Below are positions 1 to 9,822 of a stretch of 64,000 nucleotides of DNA, piece by piece. A model generated the notes under the pieces. That model was not told the DNA's origin, ran no database searches, and worked only from the letters and a program-made list of their open reading frames with translations. The translations under genes and the position numbers were made by a program. The stretch is from an uncultured Candidatus Saccharibacteria bacterium (lineage in GTDB: Bacteria; Patescibacteriota; Minisyncoccia; UBA6257; 2-01-FULL-56-20): positions 1,456 to 65,455 of the forward strand of contig CAYHZA010000001.1 in NCBI GenBank assembly GCA_964361095.1, in the 5' to 3' direction. Numbering within the stretch: position 1 is the stretch's first letter; each line of letters opens with the position of its first letter.

Positions 1-141
1 AAATCTCGAAAGCCATTCGAGCTTGTATACTACGAAGCGTATAAGTCAGAAAGTGATGCTAGAAAAAGAGAGGCCAGCTTAAAGTTGCGAAGTCGAGCAT
101 TCGCACAATTGAAGAAACGTATAACCGACAGCACCAAGTAA
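1..141 (+). CDS. GIY-YIG nuclease family protein, C-terminal part (truncated by window edge)
   Basis: Frame 1 reads KSRKPFELVYYEAYKSESDARKREASLKLRSRAFAQLKKRITDSTK*, closely similar to the 30512-30772 protein. It is followed directly by TTTGGTGTGGGGG. Confidence 0.85.
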   Translation, partial: KSRKPFELVYYEAYKSESDARKREASLKLRSRAFAQLKKRITDSTK

Positions 142-154
142 TTTGGTGTGGGGG
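142..154. repeat. Right terminal repeat (TTTGGTGTGGGGG) of a CCCCCACACC-family GIY-YIG element
   Basis: Same terminus and same position after a GIY-YIG stop codon as the element at 30491-30781. Confidence 0.75.
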
Positions 155-161
155 TAAACTT

Positions 162-389
162 ATGTCAAAGGAAATCGCCACTAAAACTGAGAAAGAAATT
201 CACCCCCACACCAAAGGGATTTTTGGTGTGGGGGTGTGCATCAAGTGCAAGAAGTGTGGCACTAAGGTTCTTTCTATTACGCGCGGTAGTTTAACCCCAT
301 GTAAGTGTGGGGCTATTTCTGTCGATGGCTCTAAAGAGTTAGTGAGAGTTATCGGTAAGCCAGAGGATTATGAAGAAATCCACAAATAA
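162..389 (+). CDS. Small Cys-rich (zinc-ribbon-like) hypothetical protein with in-frame palindrome
   Basis: CKKC...CKCGAISVDG motifs; the HPHTKGIFGVGV segment is encoded by the palindrome at 201-236. Confidence 0.6.
   Translation: MSKEIATKTEKEIHPHTKGIFGVGVCIKCKKCGTKVLSITRGSLTPCKCGAISVDGSKELVRVIGKPEDYEEIHK
201..236. repeat. CCCCCACACC-family palindrome (15-bp arms)
   Basis: CACCCCCACACCAAA-gggatt-TTTGGTGTGGGGGTG. Confidence 0.9.
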
Positions 390-432
390 ATTTATGGCAA
401 GGAAATTATCAATAAAGTGGTAAAATGAAGGT

Positions 433-1281
433 ATGGCAAAAACTATAAAAATATTTTTGATTGACGGCGAACCTAACGGCCTAAAAACCGCTGAATTAAG
501 TAATTGGGTTGGTCAAGCAATCGTTATTCCTAGAAATAAACTTAAAGAAATAAAACAACGCCCTGAATGTAACAAGCCAGCAGTTTATTTTCTGATCGGT
601 AAAGAGAGCGAAGAAGCACTCTTGCCTACTGCATATGTAGGAGAGGCAGAAAATTTATGGAATAGACTATCTACTCATGATAGCTCAAAGGATTTTTGGC
701 AAACCGCAGTAGCGTTTGTGAGTAAAGATAATAATTTAACAAAAGCCCATGTTAGGTATCTTGAGAGTAGATGCTTAACTTTAGCAACTAAAGCAAAAAG
801 GTTTAATTTAGAAAATGGCACAGAATCATCTTTACCTTCTTTATCTGAAGCAGATATTGCCGAGATGGAAGAATTTTTGGAAAACCTGAAACTTTTGTTT
901 TCTGCTCTTGGCTACCCAATTTTGCAAGAAGTTATTTCTAAAGAACAAAAAAATATATCAGACCCTCTTTTTACTTGTAGGGGCAAAGATGCTTTAGCAA
1001 CTGGTCGTATGACAAACGACGGCTTTGTTGTTTATAAAGATTCAACCGCAACAACCGATATTTCGAAGGCAGTTATTGATCGTAATCAAAAAATTATAGA
1101 AAAGTTATTAAAAAATAATTATCTCGAAAAATTAAATGACGGCTTATATATTTTTGTTAAGGACTACGTCTTTAATAGTCCCAGTGCCGCATCTGATATT
1201 ACACTAGGCAATTCTACTAGCGGTTGGAAAAAATGGAAAACGGAAAGTGGCAAGACATTAGAAGAGGTTTATAGAAAATAA
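433..1281 (+). CDS. GIY-YIG nuclease / DUF4357 domain protein
   Basis: AVYFLIG...AYVGEAENLWNRL motifs; C-terminal FNSPSAAS...GWKKWK typical of DUF4357. Confidence 0.8.
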   Translation: MAKTIKIFLIDGEPNGLKTAELSNWVGQAIVIPRNKLKEIKQRPECNKPAVYFLIGKESEEALLPTAYVGEAENLWNRLSTHDSSKDFWQTAVAFVSKDNNLTKAHVRYLESRCLTLATKAKRFNLENGTESSLPSLSEADIAEMEEFLENLKLLFSALGYPILQEVISKEQKNISDPLFTCRGKDALATGRMTNDGFVVYKDSTATTDISKAVIDRNQKIIEKLLKNNYLEKLNDGLYIFVKDYVFNSPSAASDITLGNSTSGWKKWKTESGKTLEEVYRK

Positions 1282-1283
1282 AT

Positions 1284-3095
1284 ATGGGAAAGCTAAAAGA
1301 CATTCCAAAAATTGATAGACCGCGCGAACGATTCCTCCAAAAAGGAGCTGACGCACTTTCAAAAAGTGATCTTTTGGCAATTCTTTTAGGCAGTGGCATA
1401 AAAGGTAAAAATGTCAGGGAACTTTCAGAGAGTATTATCAAAAAATTTGGCAAAAACTTTTTAAATATAACCGTTGATGATCTTTTGGAAATTTCAGGGA
1501 TTGGCCAAGCCAAGGCATTACAAATTACTTCTGCAATTTCTTTGGTAAAAAGATTCTATGCGGACGAAAAATCAAACGAGACTATTATTAAAAATTCTCA
1601 AGATGTCCTATCATTCACCTACGATTTAAGAGATAAGAAAAAAGAACACTTGGTTTGTTTATACCTTAACGCAAGAAATTCTCTCCTCAAAAAGGAAATT
1701 GTTAGCGTAGGCTTACTAGATAAAACATTGCTCCATCCAAGAGAAATTTTTTATCCGGCAACAGAATTAAACGCCGCTAGTGTTATTTTAATTCACAACC
1801 ACCCATCGGGCGATTCTTCGCCAAGCGAAAAAGATAATCAAATTGTTGAAAAAATAGTTCAAGCAGGAGAAATAATGGGAATACCTGTTATTGATTTCAT
1901 TATTATCTCCGAAAATAATCATTATAGTTTTTATGAAAAACTAAGAAAGCAAAAAGAGACTTTTGATTATGTCGCTGACGGAATACAAGGGACACTCTTT
2001 GCAATATTTGAAGCTGAAAAACCAGCCTATGAAATAACTGCTGAAAAAATTCAAGAAAATTATTTCTACATCCCACAAGTAAAAGAAAATCACATCCAAT
2101 TACATAATCGCAGATATATAGGAAATAAACACAAACTAATTGAATGGATTTTTTCTATTATAAACAAAGAATGTAGTGGAAATTCTTTTGCAGATGTTTT
2201 TGCTGGGACGGGGGCTGTATCTGCTGTGGCGACAAAACACTTTAAAAAAGTATTATTAAATGATTTTTTACATTCCAATTACATAATATACCGTGCCTTT
2301 TTTGGAAAAGAAGCGTGGGACAAAAATAAGATAGATAGCATTATTAAGAGCTATAATAATATTTATGGCGGAGATTTAGAAGATAATTATTTTTCCAAAA
2401 ACTTTGGCGGTAAATTTTTCAGCAATAATTCAGCTAAAATTATCGGCTTTATTAGGGAAAACATTGAAGAAAACAAAAACAATTTAACGGAAAGAGAATA
2501 TTTTATGCTGATTGCGTCATTGCTTTATACGGCTGATAAAATCGCTAATACCGTTGGACATTTTGATGCTTATTTTAAAAAAGATTTTGTAAATGATAGT
2601 TTTTTCATGAAACCGATTGATCCGATTGATACCCAAGAAATATCTATTTTTCAAGAAGACACGAATGTTCTGGCAAAAAAGATAAAAGCAGATGTGGTTT
2701 ATATTGATCCGCCCTATAATTCCAGACAATACAGTCGTTTTTATCATGTACTTGAAACATTGACCAAATGGGATAAGCCAAAACTTTATGGAGTTGCGCT
2801 AAAACCAGATCCAGAAAATATGAGCGATTACTGCCGAGCTAATGCCAAAGAAAAATTTGCAGAACTTGTGAGAGATATTGATGCTCAATTTTTGGTTGTT
2901 TCGTATAATAATACATACGATTCAAAAAGTAATTCATCAAAAAATAAAATCACACTTCAAGAAATTGAAAAAATCTTACAAGCAAAAGGTAAAACGAAAG
3001 TTTTTGAAAAAAATTACAGACATTTTAATGCCGGTAATACAAATTTCAATAATCACAAAGAGTATTTGTTCGTAACTAAAAACCAACATGAATAA
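1284..3095 (+). CDS. RadC (JAB/MPN) domain fused to D12-class DNA adenine methyltransferase
   Basis: N-terminal RPRERF, HPREIF and HNHPSGDSSPSEKD (RadC); C-terminal RYIGNK, FADVFAGTG (motif I) and YIDPPY (motif IV). Confidence 0.9.
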   Translation: MGKLKDIPKIDRPRERFLQKGADALSKSDLLAILLGSGIKGKNVRELSESIIKKFGKNFLNITVDDLLEISGIGQAKALQITSAISLVKRFYADEKSNETIIKNSQDVLSFTYDLRDKKKEHLVCLYLNARNSLLKKEIVSVGLLDKTLLHPREIFYPATELNAASVILIHNHPSGDSSPSEKDNQIVEKIVQAGEIMGIPVIDFIIISENNHYSFYEKLRKQKETFDYVADGIQGTLFAIFEAEKPAYEITAEKIQENYFYIPQVKENHIQLHNRRYIGNKHKLIEWIFSIINKECSGNSFADVFAGTGAVSAVATKHFKKVLLNDFLHSNYIIYRAFFGKEAWDKNKIDSIIKSYNNIYGGDLEDNYFSKNFGGKFFSNNSAKIIGFIRENIEENKNNLTEREYFMLIASLLYTADKIANTVGHFDAYFKKDFVNDSFFMKPIDPIDTQEISIFQEDTNVLAKKIKADVVYIDPPYNSRQYSRFYHVLETLTKWDKPKLYGVALKPDPENMSDYCRANAKEKFAELVRDIDAQFLVVSYNNTYDSKSNSSKNKITLQEIEKILQAKGKTKVFEKNYRHFNAGNTNFNNHKEYLFVTKNQHE

Positions 3096-3993
3096 CAAAA
3101 TCAAAAGGTCCCCGTTATTTTATGTCGGGGATAAATACAAACTAATGAAGCAATTGGTAAATTTATTTCCCAAAGAAGTGAATAATTTTTACGAACCTTT
3201 TGTTGGCGGAGGCACTGTATTTTTGAACATTGAAGCGAAGAAGTATTTTTTAAATGACATAAACAAACATCTGATTAACATACATAAGTTTTTGATGAAA
3301 AGCGCAGATAATCCAAGCTCGTTTTTTAAAAGCGTTGGAAAAGTAATATCCAAATATAAATTATCCAAATCTTACAAAGAAGATATAATTCCAGATTCAC
3401 TAAAAAAAGAATGGAAAAAAACTTATTTTGCCCGATTTAACAAAGAGGGATACGAAAAATTGAGAGTGTGTGTGAATAATAACAAAAAAAATGACCCTCT
3501 GATTTTGTATATTTTGCTTATATACGGGTTTAACAGAATGTTGAGATTTAATGGTGGTGGCAAATTTAATCTGCCTGTCGGGAATGTTGATTTTAACAAA
3601 AATGTAGTTAATGCCCTAAATGGCTATTTTGATTTTGTAAATAATAAGAAAATCACAATTACATCGAATGATTTTAAAAAGTTTTTTTTAGAGAAACAAT
3701 ATTTTAAAAATGATTTTGTTTATTTAGATCCGCCCTACTTAATAACCGCAAGCGAATATAATAAGTTTTGGGATTCAAAATCTGAATCTGACTTGTTAAA
3801 CTTAATCGATAATTTAGACAAAAGAGGCGTTAAATTTGCTTTATCAAATGTTACACATTACAACGGAAGCAAAAATGACCTTTTGATAGAGTGGATGGGA
3901 CAATATAAGGTACACAAAATTGAAAGCAACTATATTAGCTATCACAATAATGGGAAAAAGATAATCAAAGAAGTCTTGATCACTAACTATTAA
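3088..3993 (+). CDS. Dam-family (D12) DNA adenine methyltransferase
   Basis: SPLFYVGDKYKL, EPFVGGG, YLDPPY, EVLITNY. Confidence 0.92.
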   Translation: MNNKIKRSPLFYVGDKYKLMKQLVNLFPKEVNNFYEPFVGGGTVFLNIEAKKYFLNDINKHLINIHKFLMKSADNPSSFFKSVGKVISKYKLSKSYKEDIIPDSLKKEWKKTYFARFNKEGYEKLRVCVNNNKKNDPLILYILLIYGFNRMLRFNGGGKFNLPVGNVDFNKNVVNALNGYFDFVNNKKITITSNDFKKFFLEKQYFKNDFVYLDPPYLITASEYNKFWDSKSESDLLNLIDNLDKRGVKFALSNVTHYNGSKNDLLIEWMGQYKVHKIESNYISYHNNGKKIIKEVLITNY

Positions 3994-3997
3994 AATT

Positions 3998-5515
3998 ATG
4001 AAAAAACGACAATCCGAATATAAACCATTATTATTTACGACAACAATGAGAAATCCTGAACGACTAAAGGATTTTTTAACCGTGCTTGTTGAATATGATG
4101 GCGAAATTTTAACAAACGAAATTATTGATAAAGTAGCTAAAATCTTGATTCAAAAAGGGTTATATCAACCCATGAAAATAACGCAAGTAGTAAAAGGTAA
4201 ATGGAAAAACGAAATAGAACTAAGCGAGGCTGAAACCGAAAAAGTATTTGATGAGAATCCGCAAAGCCATAAAGAGGCAGGTTTTGAAAAAGGTTGGCCA
4301 TCGAGATTTGATACTTGGTTTAAAATTGCCAAAGAACTTGGTTTTGTTTGGTATTGGCCAAATGAAGAAATAAAATTTTCCGAAAGCGGGAAAATGCTAT
4401 TGGATAAAGAAAAACCTGAAAACGAATTGATGGTTTTTGCTAATGCTTTCGCAAAATATCAGCGACAAAATCCGTTTCGTAGAGTTTTAAATAAAAATGT
4501 ACCATTGATATTGCTGATACAAACAATAAAACTCCTAGACAATGACCCTGCCTATAATGGCACGGGTATTTCAAGGTTAGAAATTCCGTTATTGCTCTGT
4601 TGGCAAAATGATAATGCCGAAAGTTTATATCGTGAAATAAAAAAGTTGCGTAAAAAATATGGCTATTCGCCAAGCAATGAGATAGTTTTAGATCTTTGCT
4701 ATGAATTATTAAACGAAACCAAAAGAGACGATAATTCTATCTTAGGTGATTATCCCGATGATTTTATTCGCAAAATGCGTTTAACTGGTTTATTTTCTTT
4801 GCGTGGTGGCGGTCGTTTCATTGACATCAACACAAAAGAAATTGCGACTGTAAATTATATTTTAGAAAATTATATTTCTTATCCAACCTTTACGACTGAA
4901 AAAGATTATTTTGATTATATTGGCAAAGTGGACACCAATTTGATTGCAACGCTCTCCGTCTATGAAACTCCTGTTAGAACTACTAAAGCGGAGTTGGAAA
5001 AATGGGTAAATCATTATGCGTGGGAATCAATTAAAACCGAGATGCTTAATTTAGCGCAGAAAAAATCTTCCGAAGATGATATTTTGCGGGTGATAGAACA
5101 GCCTTTGCGTTTAGAGTTTTTAACCTCTTTGGCTATTCTCAAAAAATTACCAAATGTTGTAGTAAAGCCAAATTTTGTTTCAGATGATGAGGGTTTACCG
5201 ACAAGCTTTGCTTCTGGTGGAAACCCAGATATTGAATGTCTAGAAGATAAGGACACCGTATTGATAGAAGTGACTTTACTAACAGGCACACAGCAACATA
5301 TTAGAGAGTCATTTTCAGTACACCGACATCTTGAGGAGTATGTAAAGAAAGGCACTAAATCATATTCTGTGTTTATCTCCCCCAAATCTTTCATTGATAC
5401 TGAACGCTATTTTGATTTTATCAAAAAGGATGGTTTGGAAGTGAGAATTTCGAATATCGATAAATTCGTCCTCGGTCTTGAAGAAAAGACAACATTGAAC
5501 GAAGCGACTTTATGA
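3998..5515 (+). CDS. AlwI-family type IIS restriction endonuclease
   Basis: N-terminal FTTTMRNPERL and C-terminal GGNPDIEC...IEVTL PD-(D/E)XK-like centre; follows two MTase genes. Confidence 0.85.
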   Translation: MKKRQSEYKPLLFTTTMRNPERLKDFLTVLVEYDGEILTNEIIDKVAKILIQKGLYQPMKITQVVKGKWKNEIELSEAETEKVFDENPQSHKEAGFEKGWPSRFDTWFKIAKELGFVWYWPNEEIKFSESGKMLLDKEKPENELMVFANAFAKYQRQNPFRRVLNKNVPLILLIQTIKLLDNDPAYNGTGISRLEIPLLLCWQNDNAESLYREIKKLRKKYGYSPSNEIVLDLCYELLNETKRDDNSILGDYPDDFIRKMRLTGLFSLRGGGRFIDINTKEIATVNYILENYISYPTFTTEKDYFDYIGKVDTNLIATLSVYETPVRTTKAELEKWVNHYAWESIKTEMLNLAQKKSSEDDILRVIEQPLRLEFLTSLAILKKLPNVVVKPNFVSDDEGLPTSFASGGNPDIECLEDKDTVLIEVTLLTGTQQHIRESFSVHRHLEEYVKKGTKSYSVFISPKSFIDTERYFDFIKKDGLEVRISNIDKFVLGLEEKTTLNEATL

Positions 5516-5553
5516 TTGTAAAAAATTAGAATCAATTTACGAGAGCTAAATTT

Positions 5554-7461
5554 ATGGAAGATATTAAAGCAACAATTCACGGAGACGCTACAAGTGATCA
5601 AATTGAAGCAATTGACCACATTGGCAGTCATGCAAGATTACTCGCTGGACCCGGAACGGGAAAAACAAAAACGCTTACTCGGCGCGTACTTTCTTTGATT
5701 CTCCAACATAATGCCGACCCCGATTCAATTCTCTTACTTACGTTCACTCGTTTAGCCGCCGCTCAACTGAAAGATGAGATCAAAAAAGTGTTAGAACCTT
5801 TGGGCAAAACCATTCCACAAGTATCAACGCTTCACTCCTTTGCATTAAGGCAGATTCTTTATAATTCGAGCAGAATTGACACATTACCAAGACCAATCAG
5901 AATAGCCGATGACTGGGAAGAACGGTATATCATTCAAGAAGATTTAAAAAAAGTTTTAAATCTCAAAGAAATTGGCGATGTTCAAAAATTGATCAATCAG
6001 CTTTCAACTGACTGGGAAACTTTGAGAATTGATGAAATTGGCTGGGAGCAACAATTTCCAAACCCCGCTTTTCTTGGTGCGTGGCGAAGCCACAAAGATC
6101 AATATGGCGAAACACTAAGGGCGGAACTTGTTTATCAACTGAAAAAGCAGTTAAACCAAAGCAGGGATTTTCAATTAGACAAAGAGTATAAACATATTCT
6201 GATTGACGAGTATCAAGACCTGAACGCTTGCGATCTTGCCATAGTCAATGAATTAGCAAAGCGAGGCGCGGAATTATTTGTTGCGGGAGATGATGACCAG
6301 AGTATCTACGGCTTCCGTTTCGCAACCCCCGCAGGTATAAGAAATTTTGAACAGATATATCAAAATTCCAAAAAATTGGCGTTAGAAATATGTTTTCGTT
6401 GTGATAAAAACATATTACATTCAGCAGAATTTGTAGCGAGCCTTGATCCTGCACGCTTGCCAAAACCAACACGACCAAAAGACGAAGCTGAAGATGGTGA
6501 GGTTTTGATAATTGGTTTTAAGGATCAAAGTCATGAAGCTGAAATTATAGCCAAGAAAATAAAAAGTTTGATTGACGCAGACATCAAGCCAGATCAAATC
6601 ACAATTTTACTAAGAAACGACCGAAACAGCTTATTATCCAAGCCGATTATTGAAGCCCTAAAAAAGTATAGCGTCGATGTATCTTTGACGACTGATTCGG
6701 AATTAGAAAATAACAAGGAGTATCGAACAGTTTTATCAATAATTCGTTTGTTGGTTGATCAAAATGATTGTTTAGCTTGGCGAACATTATTACAAATCAA
6801 CAAAACTAATGGCTTGGGCGATGAGTGTATAAAAAGTATATGGAATTATGCGCAAAGCAAGGGAATACGTTTTAGTGTGGCTTTACAAAAAATAGCCGAA
6901 TCTCCAAGCGAATTACAAAAGTTTGGCCAAAAAATAGCAAAATTTGTTTCCGAAATAAACGTGGCAATCGTGGAACTCAAAGCCATTGAAAGTCCGACCG
7001 AAGCGATAAACGCAACAGTTGATAAATTTATGGGTGAAGGAGAGATAAAAGAACAAGTGAAAAAATATTTTGTTGGAATTTTGGAGAATCAAGAAAAACC
7101 TGATCTTGAGAATTTAATTAAAATAGTAAGTACTTCGTCGGAATATATTGAGCAAGAAACAAAAGAAAACGCTGTTAATATACTCACTATGCACCAAGCA
7201 AAAGGATTATCTTTTGATGTATGTTTTATAGTTGGTGCGGAAGATGAATATATTCCCGGACGAAATACAGGAGATAAGGAGGGCGATGAAAGAAGATTAC
7301 TGTATGTGTCCATGACAAGAGCGAGGCATAAATTATTTATCAGCTATTGTAATAAACGAACCGGACAACAAAGACATTCAGGAAGTAATAGCGGAACAGA
7401 AAAAAGAACATTAACCAGATTTCTTAGAGATTCCAAAATCCCAATAAAACAGGTAGAATAA
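5554..7461 (+). CDS. UvrD/Rep-family SF1 DNA helicase
   Basis: AGPGTGKT, LIDEYQD, GDDDQSIYGFR, TMHQAKGL, ERRLLYVSMTRA. Confidence 0.93.
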   Translation: MEDIKATIHGDATSDQIEAIDHIGSHARLLAGPGTGKTKTLTRRVLSLILQHNADPDSILLLTFTRLAAAQLKDEIKKVLEPLGKTIPQVSTLHSFALRQILYNSSRIDTLPRPIRIADDWEERYIIQEDLKKVLNLKEIGDVQKLINQLSTDWETLRIDEIGWEQQFPNPAFLGAWRSHKDQYGETLRAELVYQLKKQLNQSRDFQLDKEYKHILIDEYQDLNACDLAIVNELAKRGAELFVAGDDDQSIYGFRFATPAGIRNFEQIYQNSKKLALEICFRCDKNILHSAEFVASLDPARLPKPTRPKDEAEDGEVLIIGFKDQSHEAEIIAKKIKSLIDADIKPDQITILLRNDRNSLLSKPIIEALKKYSVDVSLTTDSELENNKEYRTVLSIIRLLVDQNDCLAWRTLLQINKTNGLGDECIKSIWNYAQSKGIRFSVALQKIAESPSELQKFGQKIAKFVSEINVAIVELKAIESPTEAINATVDKFMGEGEIKEQVKKYFVGILENQEKPDLENLIKIVSTSSEYIEQETKENAVNILTMHQAKGLSFDVCFIVGAEDEYIPGRNTGDKEGDERRLLYVSMTRARHKLFISYCNKRTGQQRHSGSNSGTEKRTLTRFLRDSKIPIKQVE

Positions 7462-7507
7462 CAATAGAAATTTAAAGTCCGCCGAAAAGTTTTGGGGGCA
7501 AAGCCCA

Positions 7508-7564
7508 AGCAGGCGGGCAAAAAGGAAGGGGGTTGGGGGGAAGGAATTTTTGCTCGCCTGCTTC
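7508..7564. repeat. GC-rich hairpin at the right edge of the low-GC island
   Basis: AAGCAGGCGGGCAAAAA ... TTTTTGCTCGCCTGCTT arms around a purine-rich loop. Confidence 0.6.
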
Positions 7565-7609
7565 CGTTCCCGTCCCGTTTGAGCAAAGAAAAATGATAAA
7601 ATAACTTTT

Positions 7610-8392
7610 ATGAAAATCAAATCAAAACCACAAATCCTAGAACGGCGGAAAGAGATCGAGCAGGAGCTCTTGGATATGCTCAAAGAAACAGAGAGCGATT
7701 TTACTCTGGATCATGTCCGGGACGTTATTTTCCATGAGGAAGACAACGACGACATGATGAAAGTCGTAGCCATGTTTGATCGCGGAGGAGACGCTTCGGA
7801 ATTGAGTAATGTTCTTGAACTCGTAACCGACGCCTGGAATTACTTTCCACATAAAGTGCTTGGTGGCATCTCTCCGGCGGAGAAATTACTAGAGCACCAC
7901 AATAAAACTAAACTTATGAAAATCAACAACACATTCAAACTCATCATCGCTATCATAGTCTCCGAGCTTGCCGGTATCATCGGCTCGGTGTTTACCACAC
8001 CATCCATTGCTGGCTGGTACGCTGGGATTGCGAAGCCTGCTCTTAATCCTCCGGCGTGGGTATTCGGACCGGTCTGGACGACGCTCTTTGCGCTCATGGG
8101 CATCGCGGCCTTTCTCGTCTGGAAGAAAGGGCTGGATCGCAGAGATGTAAAAATCGCTCTTGGCATATTCCTCGGCCAGCTGGTCTTGAACACGCTTTGG
8201 TCAATTATCTTTTTCGGTCTGCATAGCCCCGGCGGTGCGCTGATTGAGATCGTATTCCTCTGGCTCGCCATTCTCGCCACGATCGTTGCGTTTTATAAAA
8301 TCTCCAAACCGGCGGCGTGGCTTCTGGTGCCATATATTCTTTGGGTCAGTTTCGCGATGTACTTAAACTATGCGATCTGGGCATTAAATTAA
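7610..8392 (+). CDS. Hypothetical N-terminal domain fused to TspO/MBR family protein
   Basis: C-terminal WYAGIAKPALNPPAWVFGPVWT...LLVPYILWVSFA is TspO/MBR; in-frame internal ATG at 7916. Confidence 0.8.
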   Translation: MKIKSKPQILERRKEIEQELLDMLKETESDFTLDHVRDVIFHEEDNDDMMKVVAMFDRGGDASELSNVLELVTDAWNYFPHKVLGGISPAEKLLEHHNKTKLMKINNTFKLIIAIIVSELAGIIGSVFTTPSIAGWYAGIAKPALNPPAWVFGPVWTTLFALMGIAAFLVWKKGLDRRDVKIALGIFLGQLVLNTLWSIIFFGLHSPGGALIEIVFLWLAILATIVAFYKISKPAAWLLVPYILWVSFAMYLNYAIWALN

Positions 8393-8469
8393 GCAATTAT
8401 GACTCGGTGCAATTTGCTTAATATTTCTTTAGTTAAGCAAATCGTCCCACGCTCACAAATTTGGTTTTA

Positions 8470-8498
8470 CCCCCACACCAAAAACTTTGGTGTGGGGG
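8470..8498. mobile_element. 29-bp CCCCCACACC-family mini element with 4-bp TTTA flanking duplication
   Basis: TTTA|CCCCCACACCAAA-aac-TTTGGTGTGGGGG|TTTA. Confidence 0.75.
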
Positions 8499-8551
8499 TT
8501 TACGGCTCGGACCGGATTCAACTGGTGGCAAACTCTTACTCTCGGTACAAA

Positions 8552-8789
8552 GCTCGCCCCGTTAGATAATTTCATATCTAACGGGGCGAGCCACCCCAGT
8601 AGTACAGCGAAGCTGACTACGGGGCAGGCAAGGGCAACCAAGTGGGGAATCAGGGGTTACAGGTTCTCGTACTTGGCCAGCAATCCTTTCACCCCGTTAG
8701 ATGCAAAGTTATCTAACGGGGTGAATCTGATCCAAAACCACGGTAGGATACCCCAGTAGTAGAACGTGAAGCGTTCACTACGGGGCAGG
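8552..8789. repeat. Cluster of four palindromes: two CCCCGTTAGAT..ATCTAACGGGG (8552-8591, 8688-8725) and two CCCCAGTAGT..ACTACGGGGCAGG (8594-8628, 8751-8789)
   Basis: Inverted arms read directly; each family occurs twice. Confidence 0.85.
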
Positions 8790-8917
8790 TTTGTACTCCT
8801 CCGCCCAGTCAAAAGTTCGAAAATCGTTGAGCAGGGCGAGCTTTGGAGTCAATACAAATTACCCGGGAATGTGCGGCGCCCTGTTAAGGCGAAGGTTTTA
8901 ATTCGGGAGTAATTACA

Positions 8918-8946
8918 TTGACATTTAGTACGAAGCGTGCTATGAT
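8918..8946 (+). promoter_or_regulatory. Sigma70-like promoter
   Basis: TTGACA-17 bp-TATGAT upstream of the AAGGAG RBS and the ATG at 8989. Confidence 0.6.
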
Positions 8947-8988
8947 GTTTTCGGCACTTAACTGATAATCAAAAAGGAGAAACGGGAG

Positions 8989-9411
8989 ATGAAAACGTCG
9001 AAAGGTATCGTATTGTTTTGTGCGGTATTGATCATCCTTATTTCGTCGGCATGCAGAGAAATAAAGATGGTTCTCTCGCCTGAAATGACAGAGGAAGCGA
9101 CTGTCGCTGATCTCGTCTACACGCCGTCAAATCACGGGAGCGACATCAGCCCGACCATGAACATGAACGGAGACCTCGGCGTTGCATTTACGAGTATCGA
9201 CATTTTGGAACGGTATGCAGTAGTCTTCCAGTGCCAGCATGAAAAGTTCATAGTCCAGAGCGACCAGACGAAAGCGAAGGAGCTTTGGACGCGCCTGAAG
9301 AAAGACCAGAAGGTGACCGTCAGATACAGAGAAAGATACGAGGAAACATTCGACGACGAGAAACTCGTCGAACGACGTCTGAAGAAATATGATTTCATCG
9401 ACGCCAACTGA
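8989..9411 (+). CDS. Hypothetical lipoprotein-like protein
   Basis: RBS AAGGAG; hydrophobic signal ending ISSAC. Confidence 0.7.
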   Translation: MKTSKGIVLFCAVLIILISSACREIKMVLSPEMTEEATVADLVYTPSNHGSDISPTMNMNGDLGVAFTSIDILERYAVVFQCQHEKFIVQSDQTKAKELWTRLKKDQKVTVRYRERYEETFDDEKLVERRLKKYDFIDAN

Positions 9412-9765
9412 AGAGCGGCTGTTTCCTTCCCTTGGGGAACAACACGGGACAGGTACGAAAGTGCCTGTCCATTTTACTATTAAAAATTATATTTTCTAAT
9501 TCTATTTTTACCTTACCCCAATCTACAGTTCTAAACGCGTCTAACAGATGGAACCAAAAAAACCAGCGGCTTAATGTCGCTAGTTTCTTGTTTTGTTGCG
9601 TGAGGAATCGAACCGAAGGTCGACGAATGACGATAAGGAAATACTGAGCGTAGTAACGCGAATGTGCGAGGAAGTACTGAGCGCAACAGCGCGAATGTGT
9701 ACTACTTAAAAAATCGCAGTCTCGAACGATCCGCCAGCTGGCGGAGAGAGTCGAATTTCTAAAGG

Positions 9766-9822
9766 TCCCAGAGGGATTGCGACTTGTATTCAAAATCGTT
9801 ACGCTTTTGAACAAGTCGGGAA
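9766..9822 (-). mobile_element. TTCCC-hairpin-GCAAT-CCC-hairpin element (copy 1 of 5)
   Basis: Minus strand: TTCCC gacttgttcaaaa...ttttgaatacaagtc GCAAT CCC tct GGGA. Confidence 0.7.

Noticed and set aside
8460-8800. Possible CRISPR array in the repeat cluster
   Set aside because: The repeats belong to three different palindrome families with irregular spacing, and no cas genes are present.
8453-9814. ORFs 8453-8641, 8487-8759 and 9395-9814
   Set aside because: These are translations through palindromes and relic sequence and are not credible genes.
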